Assembly: GCF_006345805.1 (NCBI RefSeq)
Contig: NC_043001.1
Span: 71,176,001-71,240,000 of the forward strand
DNA: 64,000 nucleotides
Source of the DNA: Octopus sinensis
Lineage: Eukaryota
Direction: 5' to 3'
The position numbers and the translations under genes were made by a program. A model generated the notes under the pieces. It saw nothing but the letters and a program-made list of their open reading frames with translations. It did not search any database and was not told the DNA's origin. Below, one piece after another: positions 11,100 through 22,549 of this stretch (the first letter of the stretch is position 1; each line of letters begins with the position of its first letter).

Positions 11100-11484
11100 T
11101 GGCAGACAGGCACAGAGAGAGGAAGACAGAGAGAAAGAGAAAGAATCAGATATTATTGAAAGATTTTCGTCTAAAAAAATGGTTTACTGACAAAAACAGC
11201 AGCCAAATCTCTGCATGGCCAGTGTTGACCTGGGGCTAAACACAACCAGCAGAAACAAGAACTGATTTCTCTGCTGTAGACCAAGTCATTTATATTCGAT
11301 TAGTTAAGGATATCTGGATACACAGCACATGATTATTGCATACATTTTCACCTGAGTTGTTTTCAACATTGTATTCTTTGTAAATGTCACATTACGGCGC
11401 AATATGTGTTGAATATCTGTGTGTATCTCTAGACAGATAAATAATAGATGGACAGCTAGCTAGCTATGTAGCTAGATGGCTACC

Positions 11485-11596
<112 letters not shown>

Positions 11597-11989
11597 CAGG
11601 GAGGGAGAGAGGGAGAGAGAGCGGAAGATTTTATATGTATGGATGACTGGTTGTATCTCCATGAATGGAAGGCAAAATTATGTATAAATGAATGAATATA
11701 ATGCTGTTCAAATATAAAGCTTTCATTATCATGAAACATTGCTTTGGAATGTCTACATATATATACTCAATGACTAATATATACAAATATATAGTTTCGA
11801 TTATTAAAGTTGTATTCAACAGACAAAATGTCTGATACATACTACTACATATTTACACACACTCGCGCTTATACATACATACATACATACATACATACAA
11901 GCATACATACATTCATACATGCGTGCGTGCATGCGTGCGTGCGTGCGTGCGTGCGTGCGTACATACATACACACACAACGGCGTTATCA

Positions 11990-12900
11990 AAAGTAATATG
12001 AAAGTAGGAATACCATTTTTAACAAACAGAAATTGTTGAAAGTGCACATGTTAGTATAGTAACTCCTCCTCTATAGTAATGCTTCTCCATAGCAAGTAAT
12101 GATGGGTAGCAAGCAGAAGCAACGAGGAAGGGTGCAGAAAATGTTATGTTATTTATTCAAATGACACTATAGTGAAAATCAAAGATGAAGACCTTTAAAA
12201 AAAGTGAAGTCAACTTTAAAGACAAATCACGCAGTGTATCAACTGCGACCAATCGCCAGTGATTGGATGAACTGGTTCGCACGAATAGAAGTGTTACAAT
12301 CAGTGAACTTGCTACACAAGATTGGGGTCATAGCATATTACAGAATATGCTTGACATATTTGAGTATCGGATAATATGTCCACAGTGAGCACCTAACTTT
12401 GATGGAGAAAGAGTGGAAGGCTGTCCTGGTCTGTTAGTAATGTTCGAAGCCAATAAAGACATATCTTTTCAGATCAGATCAGATAAGACAACACGTGTGT
12501 GCGCATTTTGCGATTCTGAAATAAAGGCTCAGTTCATAGAATGACTTCATACGTTTTGTTTTGAGACTTATGAAGTTTAAAAGCCAGCCATCAGAGCTGA
12601 AAATTAATGAGGGGTGTTTGGAGGGTTGACAAGAGTGTCATTCTCCATAAATGTTTGGCATTTATCTGTACCGCAAACATCAAGCGGTATTCTAAAGCAA
12701 TAAAAACGTTTCAAGAAGACATTACGAAGAAAAGGGTGAGGAAGCATATGGAAGTGATTCGTGTTCAGAATAACAAAGCACGAGCACATACATCTTTGTC
12801 TATAAACATGCAATCGGGAAATTGCTGTGCTCTTTGGCCCTCAATACATCGTATACCACAGACATACGACTTCAAGCTTAAGTTTAGTTGTTTTGTTTTC
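11990..12900 (+). mobile_element. Highly decayed mariner copy
   Basis: Residual peptides ELVRTNRSVTISELAT, KFKSQPS and QNNKARAHTS (HDNARPH-like). Confidence 0.6.
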
Positions 12901-13549
12901 AACGATAGGGAACTTTTTTAATGAATCAAATATTGAAATCTACGTATGACCTGGCCAGGTGCAACATTTGTAGCATAAAGCAGCTATTCATAATATACCT
13001 TCAATTAGGTATTGTATGTTTTAAAAAGTAACATAAATATTTGCACGGTTAAAAACAAGAACAAATTTCCGTGTGGTTTGTCATTTGTTATCTTTCAGTT
13101 CTAAAATACCCAAAACATCCATTATCTCTGTTTTACGCCAGAAATACTAATATCAAATTAGTTTTAAAAAATATATTAAAAACCTACTTTAGAAAGATAA
13201 TTCATGACAACTTCCATGACATCGCGTTGTTAGTATGGCTTACTGTTCAATAGACAAGGAAAGATTCACACACAAATACACACACAGCGGCAAAAAGCTA
13301 TATATGCCTATATGTGTATAAGTATCACTCACTCTTTCTCTCTCTCTCTCCCTTCTCCCTACACACACAAACACACACGCACACACACACACATATATAT
13401 ATATATTTATATTTGTATGTATATGTACATATATATTTTATATGTTTTGTTGAACGTCTGTCTTCTTTACAAAAGAATGGAACAAGTATTCAATATATAA
13501 TACAAAATTTGTATATTTTGTTGCAAATTGACGCTTCAAATATCGCGTG

Positions 13550-13561
13550 TATATATATATA

Positions 13562-13634
<73 letters not shown>

Positions 13635-13752
13635 GAGAGAGAGACAGACAGAGAGAGAGACAGAGAGACAGAGAGACAGAGAGAGAGACAGAGAGAGGAG
13701 GAGGAGGAGGAGGAGAAACAGAGACAGAGATATAGATAGATAGAACGATAGG

Positions 13753-13818
<66 letters not shown>

Positions 13819-13820
13819 TT
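13550..13820. repeat. (TA)n-(GA/GACA)n-(GAG)n-(GATA)n compound microsatellite
   Basis: Direct inspection. Confidence 0.9.
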
Positions 13821-14660
13821 TATACTTGTGTATATATTTATATATATATATGTATGTACATTGAGAGAAATTTACTCGTTCAAGATATTTTACTTTGACT
13901 GATATAGCGGCAACCCCTACTAACCGACGACAAGATACTTCTCAGGTTACTTCGGTGTCTACCCAGTAGATCTCAATGTTAATTACAGTCGTATTTAGAG
14001 TTTGCAGATCACCTTCTTCCTTCGTCAGAACGTATAAAGAATGAATATGTGTACCTGTTCGTTTTGATTCTTGCTCTTTGTCCTTCTGATAACTGATTAT
14101 CGACCTGGCAGTCATTTGCATGCTTTAGCACACAACCGGACTATTCTTATGTTGAGTATGTAAATAAGAACTAGAGTTATTGTTTATCTTCAGAGATCCG
14201 GTGAAGCTTTGACTGAAAGAAAGACACAGGAAAGTTGAAATAGTGACACCAACAAGCGTTAGCAAATAATTTAGTTTGCCATAATTCTTGTTTAGTTCAG
14301 TGATCAGGTTGAAAATTTGACCGCGGAGATACAACGATGTCGCAATGCTGGCGTCTCCAAGCCCCGCTACGTCACTGAATTTCGAATGTTGTGAACACAC
14401 ATCGTCTGAAGGGACACGTTCTCAGCGATTGATCTATTCACGTTCACATGTGCCGGAACGTATTGAGACTATTTATACATATTATTCTTTTGATTCTCAT
14501 TGTTTTGCTCCTACATCATTACTTATTTCATTTGATGTCTTTATCAAATTATAGACCCTGACTCGCATAACAACCATATTTATTTTCAGTCATATAATAC
14601 TTTGGTAATTAAATTTCAGAATTTCTTTATTTTTCACTTTCATTAAGACCAGTTACATCT

Positions 14661-14876
14661 TGGTTTCAAATTCTGACACAAGGCCAGCAATTTGAGTGAG
14701 GAGAGTAAATTGATTACATCGATCCCAGTGCTCAACTGGTATTTATTTCATCGTCCCCGAAAGGATGAAACGCAAAATCGACCTCGATACAATTTGAGGT
14801 GACAACGTAAAACAGACGAAATGCCGCTAAACATTTTTACACGGGGTGCTACCGATTCTGTCAGCTCGCCGCCTTA
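14661..14876 (-). mobile_element. tRNA-headed SINE family 2
   Basis: Reverse complement GGCGGCGAGCTGACAGAATCGGTAGCAC...GAGGTCGATTTTGCG...GGCCTTGTGTCAGAATTTGAAACCA, homologous to 32252-32450 and 52612-52757. Confidence 0.8.
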
Positions 14877-15018
14877 AGAGTGGTTACATAATGAGAAAAA
14901 TATACATCACCAGTTGAGGGATCAAGTAGTGAGGACTATCACTATTTTCTAAAATTTACCGTATGTTGCTTTTCTCAACATGGAATATAACTAAGATCAT
15001 AATATATGCGTCTTACAG

Positions 15019-15081
15019 GAAATAAATCTTGAAAACCAGGAAACACTCCCCGCATCATCAATTCCATCTTCAATAACTGAG
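15019..15081 (+). CDS. Candidate 63-nt exon (phase 0-0), unknown protein
   Basis: gcgtcttacag|...GAG|gtttgc, reading EINLENQETLPASSIPSSITE. Splice-signal evidence only. Confidence 0.15.
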
Positions 15082-15629
15082 GTTTGCAATGCAAAATCGA
15101 AAAGAATTTATAATTAAATTCAAGAATTTTCAGTAAATTTAGATCACTTTTAACCTGATGTTTATTGGGTATTTCGGTAGTTGAAGCGTTCATATTATGT
15201 TGCCTAATATAGTATATATTATAACACTGTATAATATTTTAATGAATGTTGGTTTCTGTGACACCTGCATTCGTAAGTGATCGAGTAATTAATGTGTAAA
15301 ATTCATGAGCCTAAGAGTTGTTATTGTTCTTATAGAAACGAAGGATATTAATATCAATTCTTTCGACTTTAAAAAGACTTCCTGAAATATATTCACGAGT
15401 GTTAATTAACGTGATTCGTTTCCTACAATTTCTACAGAAAAACTAGTCATCCACACACACACACACACACACATACACACAGCCTCCTACTCCCTACACA
15501 CACTGCTTGACCATGGAATGGATGTGTTTGAGAGTATATGTGCATGTTTTCTACACATCTAATAACGTATTTTGGTCACTTACTCATTGAGAAAGAATGC
15601 GCTTTGATTATATATATATATACATATAT

Positions 15630-15699
<70 letters not shown>

Positions 15700-15745
15700 G
15701 CACACACATAAACACGTACACTACACACACACATATATATATATA

Positions 15746-16550
15746 TAGGGTGCGATGGTGAAATTGTCACCATTTTATGCTTCTAATTTCGTGCATGCGC
15801 ATTGTTTGTTTTTGATCTTTTCGACTACACATTATAGTATGGTCAGTTCGACACCGGCTGTGAGAAAAACAGCACCACGATGCAATTCATTCTCCAGAAA
15901 TTTGGAAACGATATGCTGAACCGCTTGGTATTCGCGCCAAATGCACCAATACGAACATTTGGGAGTGTCAGTCTCAGGACAGTGCAATCTGAGAACATGT
16001 ACCGAGAGTGATAAAAACCAAACATCCCGTGAACATCATGGAGTTTCGAGTGATCACTAGTGATGGCGAAGTTATTCCTCCATTCACCTTCCCACGTAGC
16101 CTCAGGCTCAACTCAACCCAGAGGTCTACACTAAGTTCCTGGAGGAGGTAGTGTTGCCTTGGATCAAGAGCATGTCTGCTGGAAGACCCTATATCTGGCA
16201 ACAGAACTCCACACCAAGCCATACAGGCAGGAAAACCCAGTCATGGCAGTCAGTGAATTTATGCGACCACATCACCCCTAACATCTGGCCACCTAACTCC
16301 CCAGAATGTAACTCCTACCAAAACTCCTTGTAAAACCAACATTCATCAATTAGAGAAGGAGACGGTCCAGAAGAGTTGCAGAAGATTCCAGAGTCGAGTG
16401 GAGGCCGTGCTTGAAGCCAAAGGCGTTTTAATTGGATGAATTTACTCTTTAGTATTTCGAAATATTTTAATATAGTTTTAGTATAAATATATCCCTTAAG
16501 ATGAGATAACATTGTTCTTTTCCTTTTTGCGTAACTTAGACAGCACCCTG
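15746..16550 (+). mobile_element. Internally deleted Tc1/mariner element of maT (DD37D)-like type
   Basis: Termini TA|TAGGGTGC...GCACCCTG|TA. Peptide VVLPWIKSMSAGRPYIWQQNSTPSHT...WPPNSPECN. Confidence 0.8.
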
Positions 16551-16582
<32 letters not shown>

Positions 16583-16844
16583 CGTGTGTGTGTGTGTGAG
16601 AGAGAGAGTGTGCGTGGGTGGGTGTGTACATTATTCCATAATTACAAACATAATTATAATCAGGGAACAGCTCATTCCTTCACTATGCACCGAATTTACA
16701 AAATTGGAGTTAAAATTAATATAATTCTGCTTATAATTAAAGATTATTTGTTAGGTTAGTATAACGTACAGAACTACTTGGTGAAATTCTTAATTGTTAA
16801 TTAATTAATTGATTAATTCATAAATTGATTTTACCCTTCTGTTG

Positions 16845-16864
16845 TATATATATGTATATATATA

Positions 16865-16961
<97 letters not shown>

Positions 16962-17152
16962 CAGAGAGAGAGACAGAGACAGAGACAGAGACAGAGAGAC
17001 AGAGACAGAAAAAGAGACAGAGGGAGAGAGAGAGAGACAGAGGGAGAGAGACAGACAGATAGATAGATACATACATACGCAAATATATATATATATGTAT
17101 ATATATAATATATATATATATATATAGATAGATAGATAGATAGATACAAACA

Positions 17153-17186
<34 letters not shown>

Positions 17187-17248
17187 CATACGTACATACA
17201 TGCATACATACATGCATACATACGTACATACATACATACATACATACA

Positions 17249-17278
<30 letters not shown>
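16845..17278. repeat. (TA)n-(GA)n-(GAGACA)n-(GATA)n-(TACA)n compound microsatellite
   Basis: Direct inspection. Confidence 0.95.
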
Positions 17279-17279
<1 letters not shown>

Positions 17280-18405
17280 GTTTCTTTATTAGCCACACAG
17301 GGCTGCACACAGGGAGAAAAAAAAGGTGGTGTAGGTTTTCGATTAAAGGGGATCGTAAAAAGGAAAGAAAAAAAACGATCAATAGGGTCGTGTATCACAG
17401 AAATGTCATGATGTATAGTGTAAAGGGGGGAACAGAAAATGTTTATCCGTGGAAAGAAAAGCCTACGGAAAAGACCACGGTAACCTCGGTCAATAATATC
17501 GCATGTTAACACATTTATTTGCAAGTAAGTAACTCTCTGTTTTAAATTTTTCCGGGTTCATAGGATTATGCTCATTCATACCTGCCATCCCTGCTACATT
17601 CACCCATCTTTTTTTGAAACATTCGCTAGACAAAACTTGCCTCTCTACTCTTACTTTCCTTTTCGAGTGATACTTGAAGAAGTTGATGAGAGATTGACCA
17701 GAGAGGAAAGTGCTTGTCTCCAATCCTTTCAGACGTGTCTACCAGATACATTCTTTCGCCATAGCCACATGTTTGATGAAAATAGCCCTTCCTTCCCGTT
17801 TGAAGGAAGGAGACGTGACAATATTGACGATAGACTCGGCTGATAAACCGACTCGTCCCACAGGTGACAGCAGTCGTCCGACATAAGCCCACAGGTCGGA
17901 AATGGTTAGACACTGCACAAGTGCGTGCAGAACGGTTTCGTCGCTCTGGCCGCCTCTCGGGCTGGTCGGTCCCATGTTTCTCGCGCCATGTCTGTAGAGC
18001 TTATCCCGAATGGGTAGTGCTTCTCGGTAGCGCTACCAGGCCAGGGATCTCTGGAAGTTGTCCATGGGCCCTGGCCCGAAAGTCGTTCTGAACAGGCGGG
18101 TCAGGTATTTCTCGTCGACCTCCAGGTTCGCCCCGAGCACGTCGTCGTACCTCCCCTCCACTAATTCCCTATAGACAGCTTTGGTTGTGTTGAAGTCGCT
18201 CAGGGTCGACCCGAGACGGCATAGTTGCTTGAGAGCAACGTGACACTCGCGGTGCCATTCGCCCTTCCTCGGCCTCTTTTTGATCCACGACTGTATTTCG
18301 GTCATGGAGACGAGTTGCGGGAAAGCGTGCTTCACAAACGGCGACCACACCTGTTCACCGTCGTCTACGTAGAGCTGGAGATGTCGCAGTCTCAGCGCGT
18401 GTCTG
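17279..18405 (-). mobile_element. 5'-truncated Tx1/L1-clade LINE (ORF2 C-terminus and 3' UTR)
   Basis: YRELVEGRYDDVLG...MDNFQRSLAW...ETVLHALVQC (zf-RVT region). Homologous to 45350-46800. 3' end AATAAAGAAAC abuts (TATG)n. Confidence 0.8.
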
Positions 18406-18957
18406 CGCATATATATACAGATCCATATATACATAGATACATACACATAAACATGCTGCGTCGAATATATATGAAAATATCGCAGTTCGTAGTTATACAT
18501 CTCTGTGTATTTATCTGCATATTTAATGGGTGCATGCTTATACATATATGGATATATTTATATTTGTGTGTCGTTTTACTATACAGTTATGTCCATATAT
18601 AAACATATATACATATATGTGCAAAGATGTATTTGTACTACCGGTGCATATTTAATTTTATATGAATATAAGTATACATACATGTGTGTCTGAATCATAC
18701 ATGTCTGGGAGAATTTATGTAGTTTTTATGAGTGTGTATATATACATTGTATATTTATATACATATAATATTCGTATTTCTATTGCTTTTGTTAATATGT
18801 GTGTCTATGTGGGTGTAAATATATGTGTTAGTATGTATGTAAGTATATATATATATGCATGTATATATATGTATATATATATATATGTATGTATATATGT
18901 ATATTTATTTATATATATGTACATATATATGCATATGTAAATATATATGCATATATA

Positions 18958-18989
<32 letters not shown>

Positions 18990-19089
18990 GTTATATTTGT
19001 ATGTATGTTTATACTCATAAATACATATGCATACACGTTGGCAGGTGCAAATGCATATCATATATTTCTGAAAATATGTGTGTGTGTGT

Positions 19090-19123
19090 ATATATATATA
19101 TATACATATATATAGATAGATAA

Positions 19124-19154
<31 letters not shown>

Positions 19155-19192
19155 TACATACATATATTCATCTACATACATACATACATACA

Positions 19193-19226
<34 letters not shown>

Positions 19227-19335
19227 CACACACATATATACGTATAGTTAGAGGCGTAGTTAGGTAGGTTGATAGATAGATAGACAGATAGGCAGGCATA
19301 CATAGCGATATATAGATAGATAGAAAGAGAGATAG

Positions 19336-19413
<78 letters not shown>

Positions 19414-19451
19414 TGACAGAGAGGAAAAAAGAAATAAAGAAAGAAAGAAAA

Positions 19452-19533
<82 letters not shown>

Positions 19534-19540
19534 AGATGAA
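19090..19540. repeat. (TA)-(GATA)-(TACA)-(GATA)-(GAAA)n compound microsatellite
   Basis: Direct inspection. Confidence 0.9.
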
Positions 19541-19639
19541 AGAAAGAGAAGTCGGAGAACAAACGAGCGAAAGTAACTTTTAAAACGTTTGGTTGCATCC
19601 ATGTATATGTAATAATAATTTGATAGAGCCTCTCATTAC

Positions 19640-19696
19640 TTGTAGATTCGTAGGTGTTGGATACGTCCACCTCCTTAGACATTAGCTGTGGGAAAT
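19640..19696 (-). CDS. Candidate 57-nt symmetric exon (phase 1-1)
   Basis: cagctatttcag|AT TTC CCA CAG...TCT ACA A|gtaatg, reading xFPQLMSKEVDVSNTYEST. Splice-signal evidence only. Confidence 0.2.
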
Positions 19697-20315
19697 CTGA
19701 AATAGCTGATGTGTCCTACGCCTCCAGACATTCAAGTAATATGGAGATGAATCAAAATGTCATATGCGTCGGCTTGTGTGGGTGTGTATATATATAGGAA
19801 CTCAAGGAGGTAATATATCTTTGTTACCCATTTTCTAAGTTAAAAGATAAAAACAATTTATCAAATACTATTGTTGGCAGTAAGACGATATTTGAACAAA
19901 GGTAGTCCAACCATAGCCATGTAATGCTCGAAAATTTTATCTGGCGTATTGCTTCTCATTTAGAAGACATATATGTGAGATTCGGCTTCTATATTTAACA
20001 TATCTAACAACCACCTATAAATTCCCGCGTCTGTACGAGACATTCGGCCCATGAATCGTTCGTGATGCGGAATAATAAGTAAATGATATACATATACATA
20101 TATATATAGTTACCGACCTGTATGGCGAATTTTTGTCGTTGAGGAGGACCTAAGTAAGTGTAGGATGACTTCTTAAAAATCAATCGGCACCTTCCACATT
20201 GAACACCATCAGTTCTCTGTTCTTTCCGCTGTCCGTGTAGCCTGGTGTCCCACTGCCCACCGAGTAAAAGCTATAGTCTATAGATTAGAGACAGGTATAC
20301 ATATATGTGTTTATA

Positions 20316-20348
20316 TCTGTATATATATATATATATATATATGGCAGG

Positions 20349-20389
<41 letters not shown>

Positions 20390-20833
20390 TGAATGTAGTT
20401 TATGCGCATCCACAAATTAGCCCGCATGTCACTCAAATTTTAAGAGGACATTCGTAACGACCCTAGCTGTATTTTGGTCAAATTATTTTCCCTCGAGGCA
20501 CCCGCGAATAGCAGTAAATAGTTTTGAGCCATAACTTCTAACAATTTTTACGGCGGAGAAATCCGCCATTGTTTACTAACCAACATGAATTAAGTCCCCT
20601 CCTAACGACGATGTGAAGAGAGGTAGGGAGAGGAGGAGAGAGATAACAGATTTTTAAAATTTCGTCTTTTTACTGAGTGATCAACAAGTAAAAACAGACA
20701 GGTGTTTTATGTATGTATGTATGTATCTATGTATATATGTGTGAATGACTTCAGTCACACACACACACAGACACGAGCATGTATGCGTACAAAATACATG
20801 TATGCAATATGTTTGTGTGTGTGTGTGTTGCCC

Positions 20834-20876
<43 letters not shown>

Positions 20877-22050
20877 CATATATACACAATATAAGTGATA
20901 TTCTCCGTTTCTCCACAACTAATTTCCAAATTAGCTGAATCCGTTGCTCTCCTCATAGCGATACATAGCTGGTTGTGCGTGAACATGGGAGAGAGCAGAG
21001 GTTACTAGAGCAAAAGACCTACTTGTTGACTGTAGACACACTCCTTCGCAAACGATCAGCTATTATTTTGTAAACAATGTTTCGAAACTGTTCATGTTTT
21101 CGAAAGGAGAGATATGACTCACGTCTCTGCGGGAGAAGGTAGCCTCCTCTATTCCTGTTATAAAACTTTCTTCCGGGTGCCAAATTTGCTTCAAATGATG
21201 GTATTACTCAGGTAGGAGGTGGTGGTGGGAAAGTGGCAGGGGCAAAGGCGTGCAAAATCATGTATGCAATAGGTATATGTACGTATATGTTTGTGTGTGT
21301 GTTTGTTGCCCATATATATATACTTAGTTGTGATCTGAACATAACCGCTTCTCGCACAGACGATCGGGGGCCCTTTTGGGCGTTCTATTCTCCTTGCTAG
21401 AAGGGTTCTGAACTCATGGGCAAAGTGGGGTTACATGATGGGGTGGTGTTTTCAAAAGGGTTGCCATATGCAGCCTGATCACCTCTGCCGATCTAATTCC
21501 CAACCCATACACTCTCGTCGCGACACTGATTCTACAGAACTGGGTTGGGTATGAAAACCAACTTTAAAGTATAAATATAGATGTTTATGAATCAGCAATG
21601 TTCGGTTAACTCCTATTTGGGGTGAAAAATCAATAAACTGAATCCTTATGGGGTTTTCCATTTAATCAGGACAAAGAAATCGATAAACCGAGTCCTTATA
21701 GGACTTCCCACTAAAATTGGTTACACCCCATTTTCAACCATAACGTCTACCAATTTTGATGTATTCTGTTCAAACTTGATACCAGCATTACTTAGGATTC
21801 ATGGGATCTTTGAATGCTGTAAGTTCTCCAAAAACGAAAAAGAAATCGGTGAGTGGAAAAAATTGATAAACCGATTCCTTATGGGATTTTCCAATCAAAT
21901 TGTCTGCAAAATTTCAGCTAAAAATTTACCAATTTCAACGGATTTCACTCAAATTTGACGTCGATGTTACTTTGTTTGCTTTGAAATAAAGAGTTTGATT
22001 AGCTTAATAATCCTAACTTAATCCCGAGCAAGGCCGGGTTATACTGCTAG
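20316..22050 (+). mobile_element. Non-autonomous Helitron
   Basis: 3' hairpin CCCGAGCAAGGCCGGG followed by CTAG|T at 22047-22051. Putative A|TC 5' end at 20316 is inferred. Three internal copies of an approximately 36-bp motif (AATCGATAAACCGA.TCCTTATGGG.TTTTCCA) between 21625 and 21895. Confidence 0.6.
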
Positions 22051-22508
22051 TATATATATATATATATATAATATATATATATATATGTGTGTGGTGTGTG
22101 TGTGTGTGTGTATTGTTGTATTTAGGAATGGTCATTGTGCCAGTTTAGCCAATAAAAACACACGCACTGTATATTTGGTGTTACTTTGCTTCAGCGTTAT
22201 TTACTTTCTACATTAATCTTAATTTTATTTTGGCCAGAGTTCTTTCGTCACACTCCTGTGACCGCAACAGTGGTCCTTTGCTTTCTTCTTTCTTATTTGT
22301 GTGTCTCTCCTTACTAACGGTCAGCCATTTTGTATTTTGTATTTCTATTGTATGTGTCTTCATTTGCGCATGTGTATACCTGTATGTGTGTCTATGTTTA
22401 GTTAGTGTGTGTGTGGGGGAAGTGTCTGTAATATTCGTATCTCCTGTTTATATACGTTCGTGTAATTTTTTTTGTTTAATTTTATTTTGTTCATGTGTTT
22501 ACACCTAC

Positions 22509-22549
22509 TTATTATTATTATTATTATTATTATTATTGTTATTATTATT
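22509..22549. repeat. (TAA)n tract at the 3' end of the Dong element
   Basis: Direct inspection. Confidence 0.95.

Noticed and set aside
14125-14400. 91-aa hydrophobic minus-strand ORF
   Set aside because: No convincing splice signals or recognisable family, and the length is compatible with chance.
21625-21895. Spaced repeats of about 36 bp resembling a CRISPR array
   Set aside because: Only three degenerate copies with irregular spacing inside a eukaryotic Helitron, and no cas genes.
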